From an uncultured delta proteobacterium (GTDB lineage: Bacteria > Desulfobacterota > Binatia > Binatales > Binataceae), in the NCBI GenBank assembly GCA_963808235.1, contig CAWEEQ010000004.1, positions 3,424,001 through 3,488,000 of the forward strand: 64,000 nucleotides of DNA. The letters run 5' to 3'. The notes under the pieces are model-generated. The model saw only the letters and a program-made list of their open reading frames with translations. It was not told where the DNA came from and did not search any database. Positions 9,552 through 19,488 of this stretch are shown piece by piece (within the stretch, counting starts at the first letter, position 1; each line of letters begins with the position of its first letter). A program made the translations under genes and the position numbers.

Positions 9552-10468
9552 GAGATCCTCACGCGCGGATCGATCGCCGCATAGACGAGGTCGGTAGCCA
9601 TGTTCACGACGACGTAAGTCATCGCGAAAGCAAGGACGCATCCCTCGACTAGGGGATAATCGCGCGCACCAATCGCCCCAATCATCAGGCGGCCCAGACC
9701 CGGCCACGAAAATATCATCTCGGTAATGAGCGTCCCGCTGAGCAGCGCACCCATCTGAAGTCCGATGATCGTAACGACCGAGGTGAGCGCGTTGCGCAGA
9801 CCATGGCGGACCAGCGCGGCGCGCTCGCTCAGGCCCTTGCTGCGGGCGGTGCGCATGTAATCGCTCTCACGCACGCGAATGAGGCTCTGGCGCAGCATCC
9901 GTGCGAGGATCGCGGCGAGCGCGGTGCCGAGCGTGACAGCCGGCAGGACAAGATGCGCGAAACCGCCGCGTCCGGTGAGCGGTAGCCAGCGGAGATCGAG
10001 CGAGAACAAAATCATCAGCAGAGGGCCAAGATAGATGTGCGGCACCGAGATGCCGACGATCGCGAAACCCATCGCGCCGAGATCGCAGGCGCCGCCCGGA
10101 TTGGAGCCCGCAATAATGCCGAGCGGAAACGCGATCAGTATCGCGACCAGCATTCCCGCCGCAGCAAGCTCGATCGTGGCGGGAAACCGCTCGACGATCA
10201 GTTGCGAAACGGGCCGGCGATAGGAGGTCGATTCGCCGAGGTCGCCGACCGTGAGCCCGCCGAGATACGACAGGTACTGGCTGAGAATCGGACGGTCGAG
10301 ACCCATCTGATGACGCATCGCGACAACGTCGGCGGGCGCCGCGCTCTCACCGAGCATCGCGACCACCGGATCCCCGGGGACGAGATGGATGATCGCAAAG
10401 GTCAGCGTCGCCACGCCGAGTGCGACCGGCACCAGCGCGAGCAGGCGACGAGCGAAGAACTCGATCAC
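9548..10468 (-). CDS. dppB: Peptide/nickel ABC transporter permease, DppB/OppB family
   Basis: PGDP, GDLGES, DYMRTARSKGL, E.IFSWPGLG, RDYPLV; start inferred at GTG 10468. Confidence 0.9.
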   Translation of the reverse strand: MIEFFARRLLALVPVALGVATLTFAIIHLVPGDPVVAMLGESAAPADVVAMRHQMGLDRPILSQYLSYLGGLTVGDLGESTSYRRPVSQLIVERFPATIELAAAGMLVAILIAFPLGIIAGSNPGGACDLGAMGFAIVGISVPHIYLGPLLMILFSLDLRWLPLTGRGGFAHLVLPAVTLGTALAAILARMLRQSLIRVRESDYMRTARSKGLSERAALVRHGLRNALTSVVTIIGLQMGALLSGTLITEMIFSWPGLGRLMIGAIGARDYPLVEGCVLAFAMTYVVVNMATDLVYAAIDPRVRIS

Positions 10469-12027
10469 TGCGACTCCGCCATGCGCGGGGTCGTCAACGT
10501 GAGCGTCGCGAGGGAGCGGAGACTGCCGTTCGGATATGCGTCGAAGCCGACCAGGCGGCGGTTCATGACGGCGACGTTGTCCACCCACCAGAGTGAGACG
10601 TACGGCAAATCTTCGGCGGCGAGCTGCTGCACTTGTGCATAAATCTTCGCGCGCTCGGCGGGATCGAGCGTACGCATGCCGGCTTCGACCAATTGATCCA
10701 TCACGGGGTTCGAATAGAAGCCTCGATTCAATCCCGGCGGCGTCTTCTTCGAATCGAAAACCATGTAGTAATGATTCGGATCGTTGATTCCGACCCATTG
10801 GAGCGAAGTGAGATCGAAATTTCCCTTCTGAACATCGGCATAGTAGGTAGGGAAATCGAGTGCTCGAATAGTCAGTGCGATACCAACCTTGCGGAGCATC
10901 GCCTGAAACACCTCGCCATCGCGAGAGCCCTCAGGGGTCGTCTTGTATTCGAAGCTGAGCGCGCGCATCCCATCGGGACCCGCCGGATAGCCAGCCTGAT
11001 CGAGCAGTTGGCGCGCTTTTTCCGGATCATAGCTATAGCCAGTTACCGCGCCATAGTATGCCCAATTCTCCGGAGATAGTAGTCCAGTCGCGACGCGCGC
11101 AGTGCCTCGCAGCTTCGTACTGACTATTGTCGCGCTATCGATCGAATAGGCAATTGCGCGCCTCACGCGGAGGTCGCGCAGCCGGGGATCACGGAAGTTG
11201 AATGATACGTACCTGTAGGTGGTGCCCGGAGTTTTGCTGATCGCCAGGTCCTTGTGCGCCGCAAGCCACGGCAACACATCGTCCTCAATATTGTTGCCCG
11301 AGAAATCGCAAACGCCCTCTGCCAGTTCGAGTGCGCGCACGGTCGGGTCGGGCACGACCTTAAAGAGAATCGATCGAGGTACGCCTTCCGGATGTGGAAA
11401 ATATGGATTGCGGAGGAGAGTCGCAGACTCATCGCGGATGTAATCAATCATCTGAAACGGCCCGCTGCCCGGAGGCGCGGCGCTATCGCTCTTCGCCGGT
11501 AGCGGAGTGCCATAGGGTATTATCCCCAGCGTCGCCAACTCCAGCGCGGGCGCATAGGGATTCCCTGTCGTCATGACGATTGTGTAATCGTCGGGCGCCT
11601 CGATCGACTTCAATTCCTCGATACTGCCGCGCTTGGGCGAAAGCGATTCGGGCGCGAGAACCGAATCGTAAGTATATTTGACGTCGCGCGAGGTCAGTGC
11701 GCGACCGTCACCGAAGCGCACGCCGTGACGCAGATGAAAAACAATTTCGGTTTCAGATGGACGCTCGATACTCTCGGCCAGGTAGCCGGCGAATTGGCCG
11801 TTGCGATCGGCCTTCACCAGCGAGTCGAAGATCAGCTCGTTCACCCGCGACGAGGTGGCGTCGGTCGCAAAGCGCGGATCGGTTGACGGCGGCGAGTTTT
11901 CAATGTCGACTTGGATCGTTCCCGGCGCGCGAGGAGCGCGCGAGTCGTCGCATCCGGAAAGCGCGACGATTGAGACCGCCGCGATGACCGTTCCCAGCAA
12001 GCGCATCGGAGCAGTCTTTTTGCTCAT
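10465..12027 (-). CDS. ABC transporter substrate-binding lipoprotein, family 5
   Basis: Lipobox ALSGC, LRHGVRF.DG, GSGPF, VRRAIAYSID; start approximate. Confidence 0.9.
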   Translation of the reverse strand: MSKKTAPMRLLGTVIAAVSIVALSGCDDSRAPRAPGTIQVDIENSPPSTDPRFATDATSSRVNELIFDSLVKADRNGQFAGYLAESIERPSETEIVFHLRHGVRFGDGRALTSRDVKYTYDSVLAPESLSPKRGSIEELKSIEAPDDYTIVMTTGNPYAPALELATLGIIPYGTPLPAKSDSAAPPGSGPFQMIDYIRDESATLLRNPYFPHPEGVPRSILFKVVPDPTVRALELAEGVCDFSGNNIEDDVLPWLAAHKDLAISKTPGTTYRYVSFNFRDPRLRDLRVRRAIAYSIDSATIVSTKLRGTARVATGLLSPENWAYYGAVTGYSYDPEKARQLLDQAGYPAGPDGMRALSFEYKTTPEGSRDGEVFQAMLRKVGIALTIRALDFPTYYADVQKGNFDLTSLQWVGINDPNHYYMVFDSKKTPPGLNRGFYSNPVMDQLVEAGMRTLDPAERAKIYAQVQQLAAEDLPYVSLWWVDNVAVMNRRLVGFDAYPNGSLRSLATLTLTTPRMAESQ

Positions 12028-12093
12028 CCGCACCATCGACTTCGCCGATACTAGCAGGATTTGCATCGTCCTTTCGCTCACTGCGAAGTCCAA

Positions 12094-12612
12094 ATGAATC
12101 AAGATTGGCGCACGAAAATCAGGCTCATCCAGGGCGATCTCACCGACGCCGATGCCGACGCGATCGTCAACGCTGCGAATAACGAACTGATCCTGGGCGG
12201 CGGCGTGGCCGGCGCGATTCGGCTCAAGGGCGGTCCGGCGATTCAGGAGGAATGCAACCGAATCGGCGCGATCGCGCTGGGCGAAGCGGCGATCACGAGT
12301 GCGGGGCGCCTTCGCTCGCGGCACGTGATTCATGCGGCGAGCATGCGGCTCGGCGAAGCGACCTCGGAGGAGAATTTGCGCGCGGCGACTCGAAACGCGC
12401 TGATGAGAGCGCGCGAAAATTCCCTCAAGTCGATTGCCTTCCCAGCCATCGGCACCGGCATCGCGGGTTTTCCGATCGAGCGATGCGCGCCGGTGATGCT
12501 GGAGGAAGTGCGCACGCATCTTGAGGGTCCGACCACGCTCAAGCGCGTAGATTTCGTGCTCTTCGATCGCCGCTCGCTGGAAGTATTTGAGCGGGCATTC
12601 GGCAAGATTTGA
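12094..12612 (+). CDS. Macro-domain protein (YmdB-like O-acetyl-ADP-ribose deacetylase)
   Basis: GDLT, AIVNAAN, GGGVAGAI, SIAFPAIGTGIAGFP motifs. Confidence 0.92.
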   Translation: MNQDWRTKIRLIQGDLTDADADAIVNAANNELILGGGVAGAIRLKGGPAIQEECNRIGAIALGEAAITSAGRLRSRHVIHAASMRLGEATSEENLRAATRNALMRARENSLKSIAFPAIGTGIAGFPIERCAPVMLEEVRTHLEGPTTLKRVDFVLFDRRSLEVFERAFGKI

Positions 12613-12769
12613 GGATCACCACGGCAATAAAATTGAAATGCTGCATTCATTGGAGTGTAATGCGCGAGTGATTTGATGAATTCGGAAAAGCGCGCGATTA
12701 TTATGCGCGCGATGGTGGATGTGCGGTCGGATGGATGACAGCGAGCGGCAGGGACGTTACCTTCTATCC

Positions 12770-14284
12770 ATGCGGCTCGGCGCAATCGACGTAGGTTCCA
12801 ACTCCGTTCACATGATCGTGGCCGACGTCGGCCGCGACGGACATCTCGAAGTCGTTGACCGCGTGAAAGAAATGGTGCGGCTCGGCCGGCGCTCGTTCAC
12901 GACCGGCCGCCTGACCGCGGAATCGATGGATCTCGCCGTGCGCGCACTCACGAACTTCAAGCGCCTGGTCCGCGTGCGTCGCGTCGAGCGTTTGCGCGCA
13001 GTCGCCACCAGCGCGGTGCGCGAGGCGCGCAATCGCGCTGAGTTCATCCGCAGGATCAAGCGCGAAACCGGCATCACGGTGGAAGTGATATCGGGACTCG
13101 ACGAGGCGCGACTCATCTTCAAGGCCGCGCGTCATGCGCTCGGGCTCGACGGCGGACCTCATCTGCTGGTCGACGTCGGCGGCGGGAGCGTGGAACTGGT
13201 GCTGGTGCGCGACGGGCGCCCGCTCTGGATGCGCAGTGTGAAGCTCGGCGCGGCGCGTCTTGCCGAGCGTTTTCTGACCGACGATCCTCCGTCGCGCGCA
13301 GAGCTCGACCGGCTCGAGGCGCATCTCGAGCGCGCGATTGGTCCTCTGATGCGCCGCTCCCGGCGCGAGGGTGTGATCCGCGCGATTGGCACTTCGGGAA
13401 CGATCAATACACTGGTCGCGATGGCGCGATCGTCGCGCGGCGAAGAGCTCGGACGACTCCATGGCGCGACCGCATCGGCCGGCGAAATTTCCGATCTGAC
13501 TCGCGACCTGGTAGAGGCGAACGCCGCACTACGGGTCGACCTTCCCGGCATGGATGCCAAGCGCGCCGACCTGATGCCCGCTGCCGCGGTGCTGGTGAAT
13601 TTTATATTGAAGAAGTCCGGCGCGCCGGAGCTGGTCGCATGCACGTGGGCGCTGCGCGAGGGCGTATTGCTCGGGCTCGCGCACAAGATCGATGCGCACT
13701 CGGCTTCCGACGCGCGGCGCCGCTCGGTCGGCGCGTTGGCGGGGCGCTTTGCGGGCAGCAACGATCACGGTCTCCAGGTGGCGCGGCTTGCGCTGAAGCT
13801 GTTCGACGCGACCGCGCCGGTTTTGGGCCTGCCGAAGTCCTCGCGAGAACTGCTTGAATTCGCGGCCTTATTACATGATATAGGTCACGCGATTGATCAT
13901 GACCGGCACAATCGCCATTCTTACTACCTGATTAAGAACGCGGAGTTGTTCGGCTTCGAACCTGACGAAATCGAGGTCATCGCACAGGCTGCTCGCGGGC
14001 ATCGCAAGCAGGCCCCGAAACTCGATTCGCCCGATCTGAAACCGCTCAGTCCCGCCAAGCGCCGGGTGGTCAGGGGTCTCGCCGCGATTTTACGAGTCGC
14101 CGACGCGCTGGATCGAAGCCACTTCGGTGTGGTTAAAAATATTGAGGTCCGGTATTCTCCGGGCCGCATAATCGTCGGAGTCGATTCGAAGCGCGAGAAG
14201 GCCGACCTCGAACTATGGACATGCGAGAGAAGGACCGATCTCTTATCGAGGCTGCTCGACCGCCAGGTGGTTCTGCAACGCTAG
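12770..14284 (+). CDS. ppx: Ppx/GppA exopolyphosphatase with C-terminal HD domain
   Basis: IDVGSNS, ATSAVREA.N, DVGGGSVE, LREG, LLHDIGH motifs. Confidence 0.93.
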   Translation: MRLGAIDVGSNSVHMIVADVGRDGHLEVVDRVKEMVRLGRRSFTTGRLTAESMDLAVRALTNFKRLVRVRRVERLRAVATSAVREARNRAEFIRRIKRETGITVEVISGLDEARLIFKAARHALGLDGGPHLLVDVGGGSVELVLVRDGRPLWMRSVKLGAARLAERFLTDDPPSRAELDRLEAHLERAIGPLMRRSRREGVIRAIGTSGTINTLVAMARSSRGEELGRLHGATASAGEISDLTRDLVEANAALRVDLPGMDAKRADLMPAAAVLVNFILKKSGAPELVACTWALREGVLLGLAHKIDAHSASDARRRSVGALAGRFAGSNDHGLQVARLALKLFDATAPVLGLPKSSRELLEFAALLHDIGHAIDHDRHNRHSYYLIKNAELFGFEPDEIEVIAQAARGHRKQAPKLDSPDLKPLSPAKRRVVRGLAAILRVADALDRSHFGVVKNIEVRYSPGRIIVGVDSKREKADLELWTCERRTDLLSRLLDRQVVLQR

Positions 14285-15078
14285 AACTCGGCTCTGTCTC
14301 TCCAAACGGTCACGCCTCCCCGACAGAGGACCTCATCAAGCCGTCTGCGTCCAAGCCCGCCCCGAAGACGCTGCTCGAAACCCCGCATCCTTATCCCGGC
14401 CGCCTGATCGCGGTGGAGGGAATCGACGGCTCCGGCAAATCGACGCAGTTGCTGCTGCTTGAACGATGGATGCGCTCGCGCGGATACCCGGTGCATTTCA
14501 CCGAGTGGAATTCGTCGCGCCTGGTGCGGCATTCGATGCAGCGCGGCAAGAAAAAGAATCTGCTGACGCCGACCACGTTCTCGCTCCTGCATGCGGTTGA
14601 TTTCGCCGATCGGCTCACCTATCAGATCCTGCCGCCGCTGAAAGCTGGCATGATCGTGCTCGCCGATCGCTACGTGTACACCGCATTCGCGCGCGATGTG
14701 GCGCGCGGAGTTCATCCCGAATGGGTGCGCGCCGTCTATAGTCCCTCGCTGCGCCCCGATCTGACCCTCTACTTCCGCGTGCCGATCGACATTTCGCTCG
14801 AGCGCCTGCTCTCGGGCCGCGCCAAGCTGAAGTACCACGAAGCCGGAATGGACGTCGGTCTGTCGGCAGATCCGGTCGAGAGTTTCCGGATGTTTCAGAG
14901 CCGGGTGCTCGAGATCTACGATCAACTCACCGTGGAATTCGGGATGCGCCCGATCGACGCGGCCGCCGAGATCCCCGATCAGCAGAAGGTGGTGCGGAGC
15001 ATGGTCCAGGAAATTCTCCGCGACTACGATCGCAAAAGAGCGAATGGAAAAAATGGCATCACGTCACATCCGCGCTAA
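14215..15078 (+). CDS. Thymidylate-kinase-like P-loop protein 1
   Basis: EGIDGSGKST P-loop and DRY motif; start uncertain because it overlaps the ppx 3' end. Confidence 0.85.
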   Translation: MDMREKDRSLIEAARPPGGSATLELGSVSPNGHASPTEDLIKPSASKPAPKTLLETPHPYPGRLIAVEGIDGSGKSTQLLLLERWMRSRGYPVHFTEWNSSRLVRHSMQRGKKKNLLTPTTFSLLHAVDFADRLTYQILPPLKAGMIVLADRYVYTAFARDVARGVHPEWVRAVYSPSLRPDLTLYFRVPIDISLERLLSGRAKLKYHEAGMDVGLSADPVESFRMFQSRVLEIYDQLTVEFGMRPIDAAAEIPDQQKVVRSMVQEILRDYDRKRANGKNGITSHPR

Positions 15079-15811
15079 AAACTGGTACGGACATGGGCTG
15101 CCGTATCTCGCGAAGAAGCGCCTCCCGGGTCACTTGATCGCGATCGAAGGCACCGACGGCGTCGGCCGCTCTGCGCAGATTCAGCTGCTCCGCCCGTGGC
15201 TCGAACTCGAAGGCTATGCGGTCAGCAACACCGGATGGACGCGCTCGCCGCTGCTCTCCGACACCATCAATGAGGCCAAGGCCGGGCATCAACTGACCGT
15301 CACGACGTTCTCGCTGCTCTACGCCGCCGACTTCGCCGATCGGCTCGAGCACGAGATCCTGCCCGCCCTGCAAGCCGGGTTTATCGTGATCGCCGACCGG
15401 TATATGTACACCGCGTTCGCACGTAACAGCGTGATGGGCGCTGATCCGGATTGGACCCGCGAGTTATTCGGGATGGCGCTGGTGCCTGACCTCGTCTTCT
15501 ACCTCGATATCGACGTCGAGACACTCATTCCCCGCGTCATCATGGGCAAGGGAATGGACTACTGGGAATCGGGGATGCATCTCGCGCTCGGCACCGATCT
15601 GTTTGATTCGTTCGAGCGCTACCAGAGCCGGCTGATCGATGAATACCGGCGGCTCTCAGATGAATTCGGCTTCGTCTCGATCGACGCGCGCCGTCCAATA
15701 GAAGAGGTCCAGGCCGAGCTCCGCGAGCACATCGCGCAATACCTGTCTGGCGCGGCGGCGAAATCGCGCCCTGACCCGGGCGATACCAGCGCGCCGGTGC
15801 GCAAGGAATAG
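15044..15811 (+). CDS. Thymidylate-kinase-like protein 2 with a variant P-loop
   Basis: EGTDGVGRSA (Arg in place of the Walker A Lys) and DRY motif; paralog of the upstream gene (TTFSLL.A.DFADRL shared). Confidence 0.85.
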   Translation: MEKMASRHIRAKNWYGHGLPYLAKKRLPGHLIAIEGTDGVGRSAQIQLLRPWLELEGYAVSNTGWTRSPLLSDTINEAKAGHQLTVTTFSLLYAADFADRLEHEILPALQAGFIVIADRYMYTAFARNSVMGADPDWTRELFGMALVPDLVFYLDIDVETLIPRVIMGKGMDYWESGMHLALGTDLFDSFERYQSRLIDEYRRLSDEFGFVSIDARRPIEEVQAELREHIAQYLSGAAAKSRPDPGDTSAPVRKE

Positions 15812-15814
15812 TCA

Positions 15815-16891
15815 GTGGCAGAGCCATCGCCAGCCAATGCGCCGGTGCGCAGGGTGACGCTTTATCCCGGCGAGACCGTCGCCGATGCGGCCCGCAAGGC
15901 AATCGCATTCGGCGTCGAGTCGATGAGCCTCAACCAGGCCGCGGCCGAGAGCGGCGACGCCGAGCCACTGCATCAGCTTCGGGTCGCATCGCGGCGGCTG
16001 CGCGCATCGATCGAGCTGTTCTCCACAGTCATCTACGCGGGCCAGCTGAAAATCTACCGCCGCGACATTCCATGGATTCAGGGACAGGCGGGCGCGCCGC
16101 GCGAATGCGACGTGACCTCTGCGCTGCTCAAAGATCGCGCCGCGAAGATCGATCCGCAGCTTAGAGAATCGATCGCACCGCTGCTCGAAGCGCTCGACGC
16201 GCGTCGCAAATCCGAGCATGCGGTCCTTTATGAATCGCTCGCCTCGAAACGCTTTCACAGCCTCATCGCTAAGATGTCGCGGCCCGCGATCAAAAAAGTT
16301 GCCGGCTCGCGAACGCTGGGCGCCGCGGCGGCCCAACTGATTCGCACCATCGCGCGCAGTGCGATGCGTTTCGGCGCTACCCTCGACAACCAGGCGCCCG
16401 CCACCGCTTTTCACAAGCTCCGGGTACGAATCAAGCGTCTGCGCTATGCGCTCGAGATACTCAAGCCGCTCGGCGGCAAGCGGCACAAGAGAACTCTCGC
16501 CCGGCTCGAGGAATTGCAGGAAAGGCTCGGGCTGTATCACGACGTTGTGGTCGCGTCGGCGTGGCTGCGCCAATATGCGGAAACGTCCGGCGCACCGCCC
16601 AAAACGATTCTCGCCGCCGGCGCGCTGATTCAATCGCTCGCCAGCCGGGAAGCCAGGCTTCGCCGTCGATGTATCAAGGCATGGCGCCGATTCGAGCGCT
16701 CCGAGGCGATGCGCGACACGCTCGAAGAGATTCGCCGCGCGGGCAGACTCGCGCTGGTGCCGGTCATGTCGCCCGATCCAAATCAGGATCCCGGCGATGC
16801 GCACGACGCGGAGTCCGCACCTCACGAACTCAACGGCGAAACCACACGCAATTCAAATGGCTCGCACTCCGCGACGGACATCACCGCATGA
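15815..16891 (+). CDS. CHAD-domain polyphosphate-binding protein
   Basis: LHQLRVASRRLR, FHKLRVRIKRLRYALE, LQERLG..HD motifs. Confidence 0.9.
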   Translation: MAEPSPANAPVRRVTLYPGETVADAARKAIAFGVESMSLNQAAAESGDAEPLHQLRVASRRLRASIELFSTVIYAGQLKIYRRDIPWIQGQAGAPRECDVTSALLKDRAAKIDPQLRESIAPLLEALDARRKSEHAVLYESLASKRFHSLIAKMSRPAIKKVAGSRTLGAAAAQLIRTIARSAMRFGATLDNQAPATAFHKLRVRIKRLRYALEILKPLGGKRHKRTLARLEELQERLGLYHDVVVASAWLRQYAETSGAPPKTILAAGALIQSLASREARLRRRCIKAWRRFERSEAMRDTLEEIRRAGRLALVPVMSPDPNQDPGDAHDAESAPHELNGETTRNSNGSHSATDITA

Positions 16892-16904
16892 TTCGTAAAC
16901 CCTC

Positions 16905-17405
16905 ATGATGCTCTACATACTGCGCCACGCCACCGCCGAAGAAGCGGCCTCGAGCGGCGACGACGGCGCGCGCAAGTTGTCCGAACGTTCCAAGGAAAAG
17001 ATGCGCGGGGCGGCCGCCGGGTTGCGCGCGATGGGTCTCAAGTTCGATACGATACTGACCAGCCCGCTCGCGCGCGCGACCGAAACCGCGGAACTCGTCG
17101 CCAGTGCGTACGACAACTCTCCGCCGCCGCAGGTGATGCCCGCGCTCGCCACCGGCATCGCCGCGACCGACGCGGTGTCGGCATTACGCGCTTTCGCCAA
17201 GCATGAAGAGGTGATGATCGTAGGCCACGAGCCGCAGCTAAGCGCGATCGCATCGATCCTGCTGACCGGCGCCAGCGACGTGGTTCATATGAAGCTCAAG
17301 ACCGGCGGATGCATCGCGATCGACCTGCCCGCACGCTTCGACCGCGGCGGCGGCGAACTGCGCTGGATCCTAACCCATCGCCAACTCCGCCAGATGCGCA
17401 AGTAG
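16905..17405 (+). CDS. sixA: Phosphohistidine phosphatase SixA
   Basis: LRHA.A, SPL.RA.ETA, VGHEP motifs. Confidence 0.9.
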   Translation: MMLYILRHATAEEAASSGDDGARKLSERSKEKMRGAAAGLRAMGLKFDTILTSPLARATETAELVASAYDNSPPPQVMPALATGIAATDAVSALRAFAKHEEVMIVGHEPQLSAIASILLTGASDVVHMKLKTGGCIAIDLPARFDRGGGELRWILTHRQLRQMRK

Positions 17406-17452
17406 CTCTCCCGCCCCGGCGGGAGTACACCGACTGTCCGCGGCTCGCGTGT

Positions 17453-17961
17453 CTATGACACCAAAGGGACCGAGCTAGTAAAAACTTTGAGCCACGTCCT
17501 ATCGGACACGGTAAGGCCGACCGGATCGCGATGGGCTAAAATCACAAATACGCCAGATAACCCGTCCCAGTGTTGCGGTTCCCCGTACTTTCACCTTAAT
17601 AGGCTTCCGCATTTCGCGCCCACCCCACTTTTTCAGAGACCAGAGCTTTTGCGCCCGTTGCATTTGTTGCAAGCGGTTGCAAGATTTTCCTCGCTGTTGG
17701 CCCCGCCGGTTGAAAAGGCTTCGACATGATCGATCACGCCCCATAGCTCGTCGAAGGAGCGGCGCGCCGTCCCGCGTGGCGTGGGCGAAGAAGTACGCCA
17801 GTGGCTCCATTCCATCCGGCGTTCGTCATCTCGCGTTCCAGCAACCGCAACACCGGCCCAAGATGACTGGCCGGTTACACCACCGGCAAATCCAACGGTC
17901 CGCGCCGGCACAATATGGAAAACTCGCGATCCTTCGGTATCAGCGGTCGTGACTTGCCCAT
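17453..17961 (-). pseudogene. HNH endonuclease, frameshifted
   Basis: Pieces in different frames: RWICRWCNRPVI, IDHVEAFSTGGANSEENLATACNKCNGRKS, GEPQHWDGL. Confidence 0.7.
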
Positions 17962-18139
17962 CGATTACCCGGCTTTCTTTTCCATGCGATGAGTTCTGGC
18001 GGAAAGGCTTATAGCAGATTCCACGTTGCTGCGACTGTGGTAGTGGGCAAGAAATTGTTGGGCAAAGCCGGTGCGGGACATCTGCGCGGCGCGACTGTCG
18101 ACGCGCCGCACATCTGATGCGCGCGCGTGACGCCCCAAC

Positions 18140-18631
18140 CTATCCGCCTAAATCAACTTCCAGACTCTCGACGCGTACCCCTGCCTGCTCGAATCTGATC
18201 ACCAGCTGGCATCCACTCGTCTTGAGCGTCAGTGCGTATGCCCCCGGGCTCCGCTGCGTCGCACTTATCTGCTCGACCGTCTGGCCCTTCAGTGATGCGA
18301 GCGCCTTGTTCAGCTCCGCGAGCGACGCCGCCACCTCGCGGCCGCGCGGCGTCTTCATGAATAGCGCGTTGAGCGATAGCTCCGCGCCGGGCCCGAACAA
18401 TCGGCGCACGCGGCCGCTGGTCAGCGCGACCTCGACGATCGCGCCAAGCCGCGCCTGCAGATTGGCCGGCACCTCGAGCGTATCAATTGCAGTTTTGAGC
18501 GCGAGATAAACCTCGCGCGCCTCGGGGTCCGCGGTCGCGTCGAGGAAGGCCTGGATCTGCGGAATCAGGATGTCGTGCTGAAGACTATCGAGCGTTATCG
18601 ATTCGCCCGCAGGCGTGTCGTCGCTCGGCAT
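18140..18631 (-). CDS. Hypothetical protein, third gene of the sulfate-reduction operon
   Basis: 163-aa ORF starting 9 bp after the cysH stop on the same strand. Confidence 0.75.
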   Translation of the reverse strand: MPSDDTPAGESITLDSLQHDILIPQIQAFLDATADPEAREVYLALKTAIDTLEVPANLQARLGAIVEVALTSGRVRRLFGPGAELSLNALFMKTPRGREVAASLAELNKALASLKGQTVEQISATQRSPGAYALTLKTSGCQLVIRFEQAGVRVESLEVDLGG

Positions 18632-18639
18632 CGATCAGC

Positions 18640-19470
18640 CTACGATTTCGTATGCCCGTCGCCGTTATTGCCGAGCAGCGCCGCCAGCTCATGCTCGAAA
18701 CCGCCGGTCTCGATCGCGCAGTGCATCCCGCATTCCTTGGGCGCGCCAGTCTCCCACCACCATCTGCCGTCGCGAGCTTCCTGGCCCTCGCCGACCGCCC
18801 GCGTGCATGGCGCGCATCCGATCGACTTGTAGCCCTTGTCGTAGAGCGCGTTATACGGCACGTCGTTGGCGCGGACGTAATCCCAGACCTCATCTTCCTG
18901 CCAATCAGCCAGCGGCGCGAGCTTCACGATACCGCCGTGATCGTGGTCTATTTCGATCTTCCGAATGTTTGACCGGGTCGCCCACTGATCGCGGCGCAGG
19001 CCCGTCACCCACGCGCTGTAATTCATCAGCGCACGGCGCAGCGGCAGCACCTTCCGAACCTGGCAGCACAGCAGGCGCAGGTTCACGTCTTTGTAAAAAA
19101 GATTGTTGCCGTGCTTGGTGACCATCTGTTGCACGACCGAGGTGTCGGGCATGAAGATCTCGACCTGGATTCCGTAGCGCTCGCGGTACTTGTCGATTAC
19201 GTCGTAGGTTTCCTGCGGCATCCGGCCCGTGTCGATCGTGAAAACCCGGATGTTCGGATCGATCTTGTGCGCCATGTCGATCAGCGCGCAGCCGTCAACC
19301 TGGAAGCTGCAGCAAATCGCGAGCTCTTTGCCGAACCGATCGATCGCCCACGCGAGCACTTCCTGCGGCTCCTTGTCGTCGAGCTCGACCGCGGCTTCGC
19401 CCGCTTCGAGTTCGTCCATGATAAGGCTCAGCTCGGGTTTTTCGAATTGCGCTTGCGGTGTTGCGGCCAT
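18640..19470 (-). CDS. cysH: APS/PAPS reductase (Fe-S, APS-type motifs)
   Basis: IDTGR, CCQVRK, TGLRRDQ, SIGCAPCT, ECGMH motifs. Confidence 0.93.
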   Translation of the reverse strand: MAATPQAQFEKPELSLIMDELEAGEAAVELDDKEPQEVLAWAIDRFGKELAICCSFQVDGCALIDMAHKIDPNIRVFTIDTGRMPQETYDVIDKYRERYGIQVEIFMPDTSVVQQMVTKHGNNLFYKDVNLRLLCCQVRKVLPLRRALMNYSAWVTGLRRDQWATRSNIRKIEIDHDHGGIVKLAPLADWQEDEVWDYVRANDVPYNALYDKGYKSIGCAPCTRAVGEGQEARDGRWWWETGAPKECGMHCAIETGGFEHELAALLGNNGDGHTKS

Positions 19471-19488
19471 GGCGAAGTCCTTGCGGGT

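Noticed and set aside
12094-12612. Macro domain as a DarG or Thoeris component
   Set aside because: Standalone YmdB-like sequence with no ADP-ribosyltransferase or TIR neighbour.
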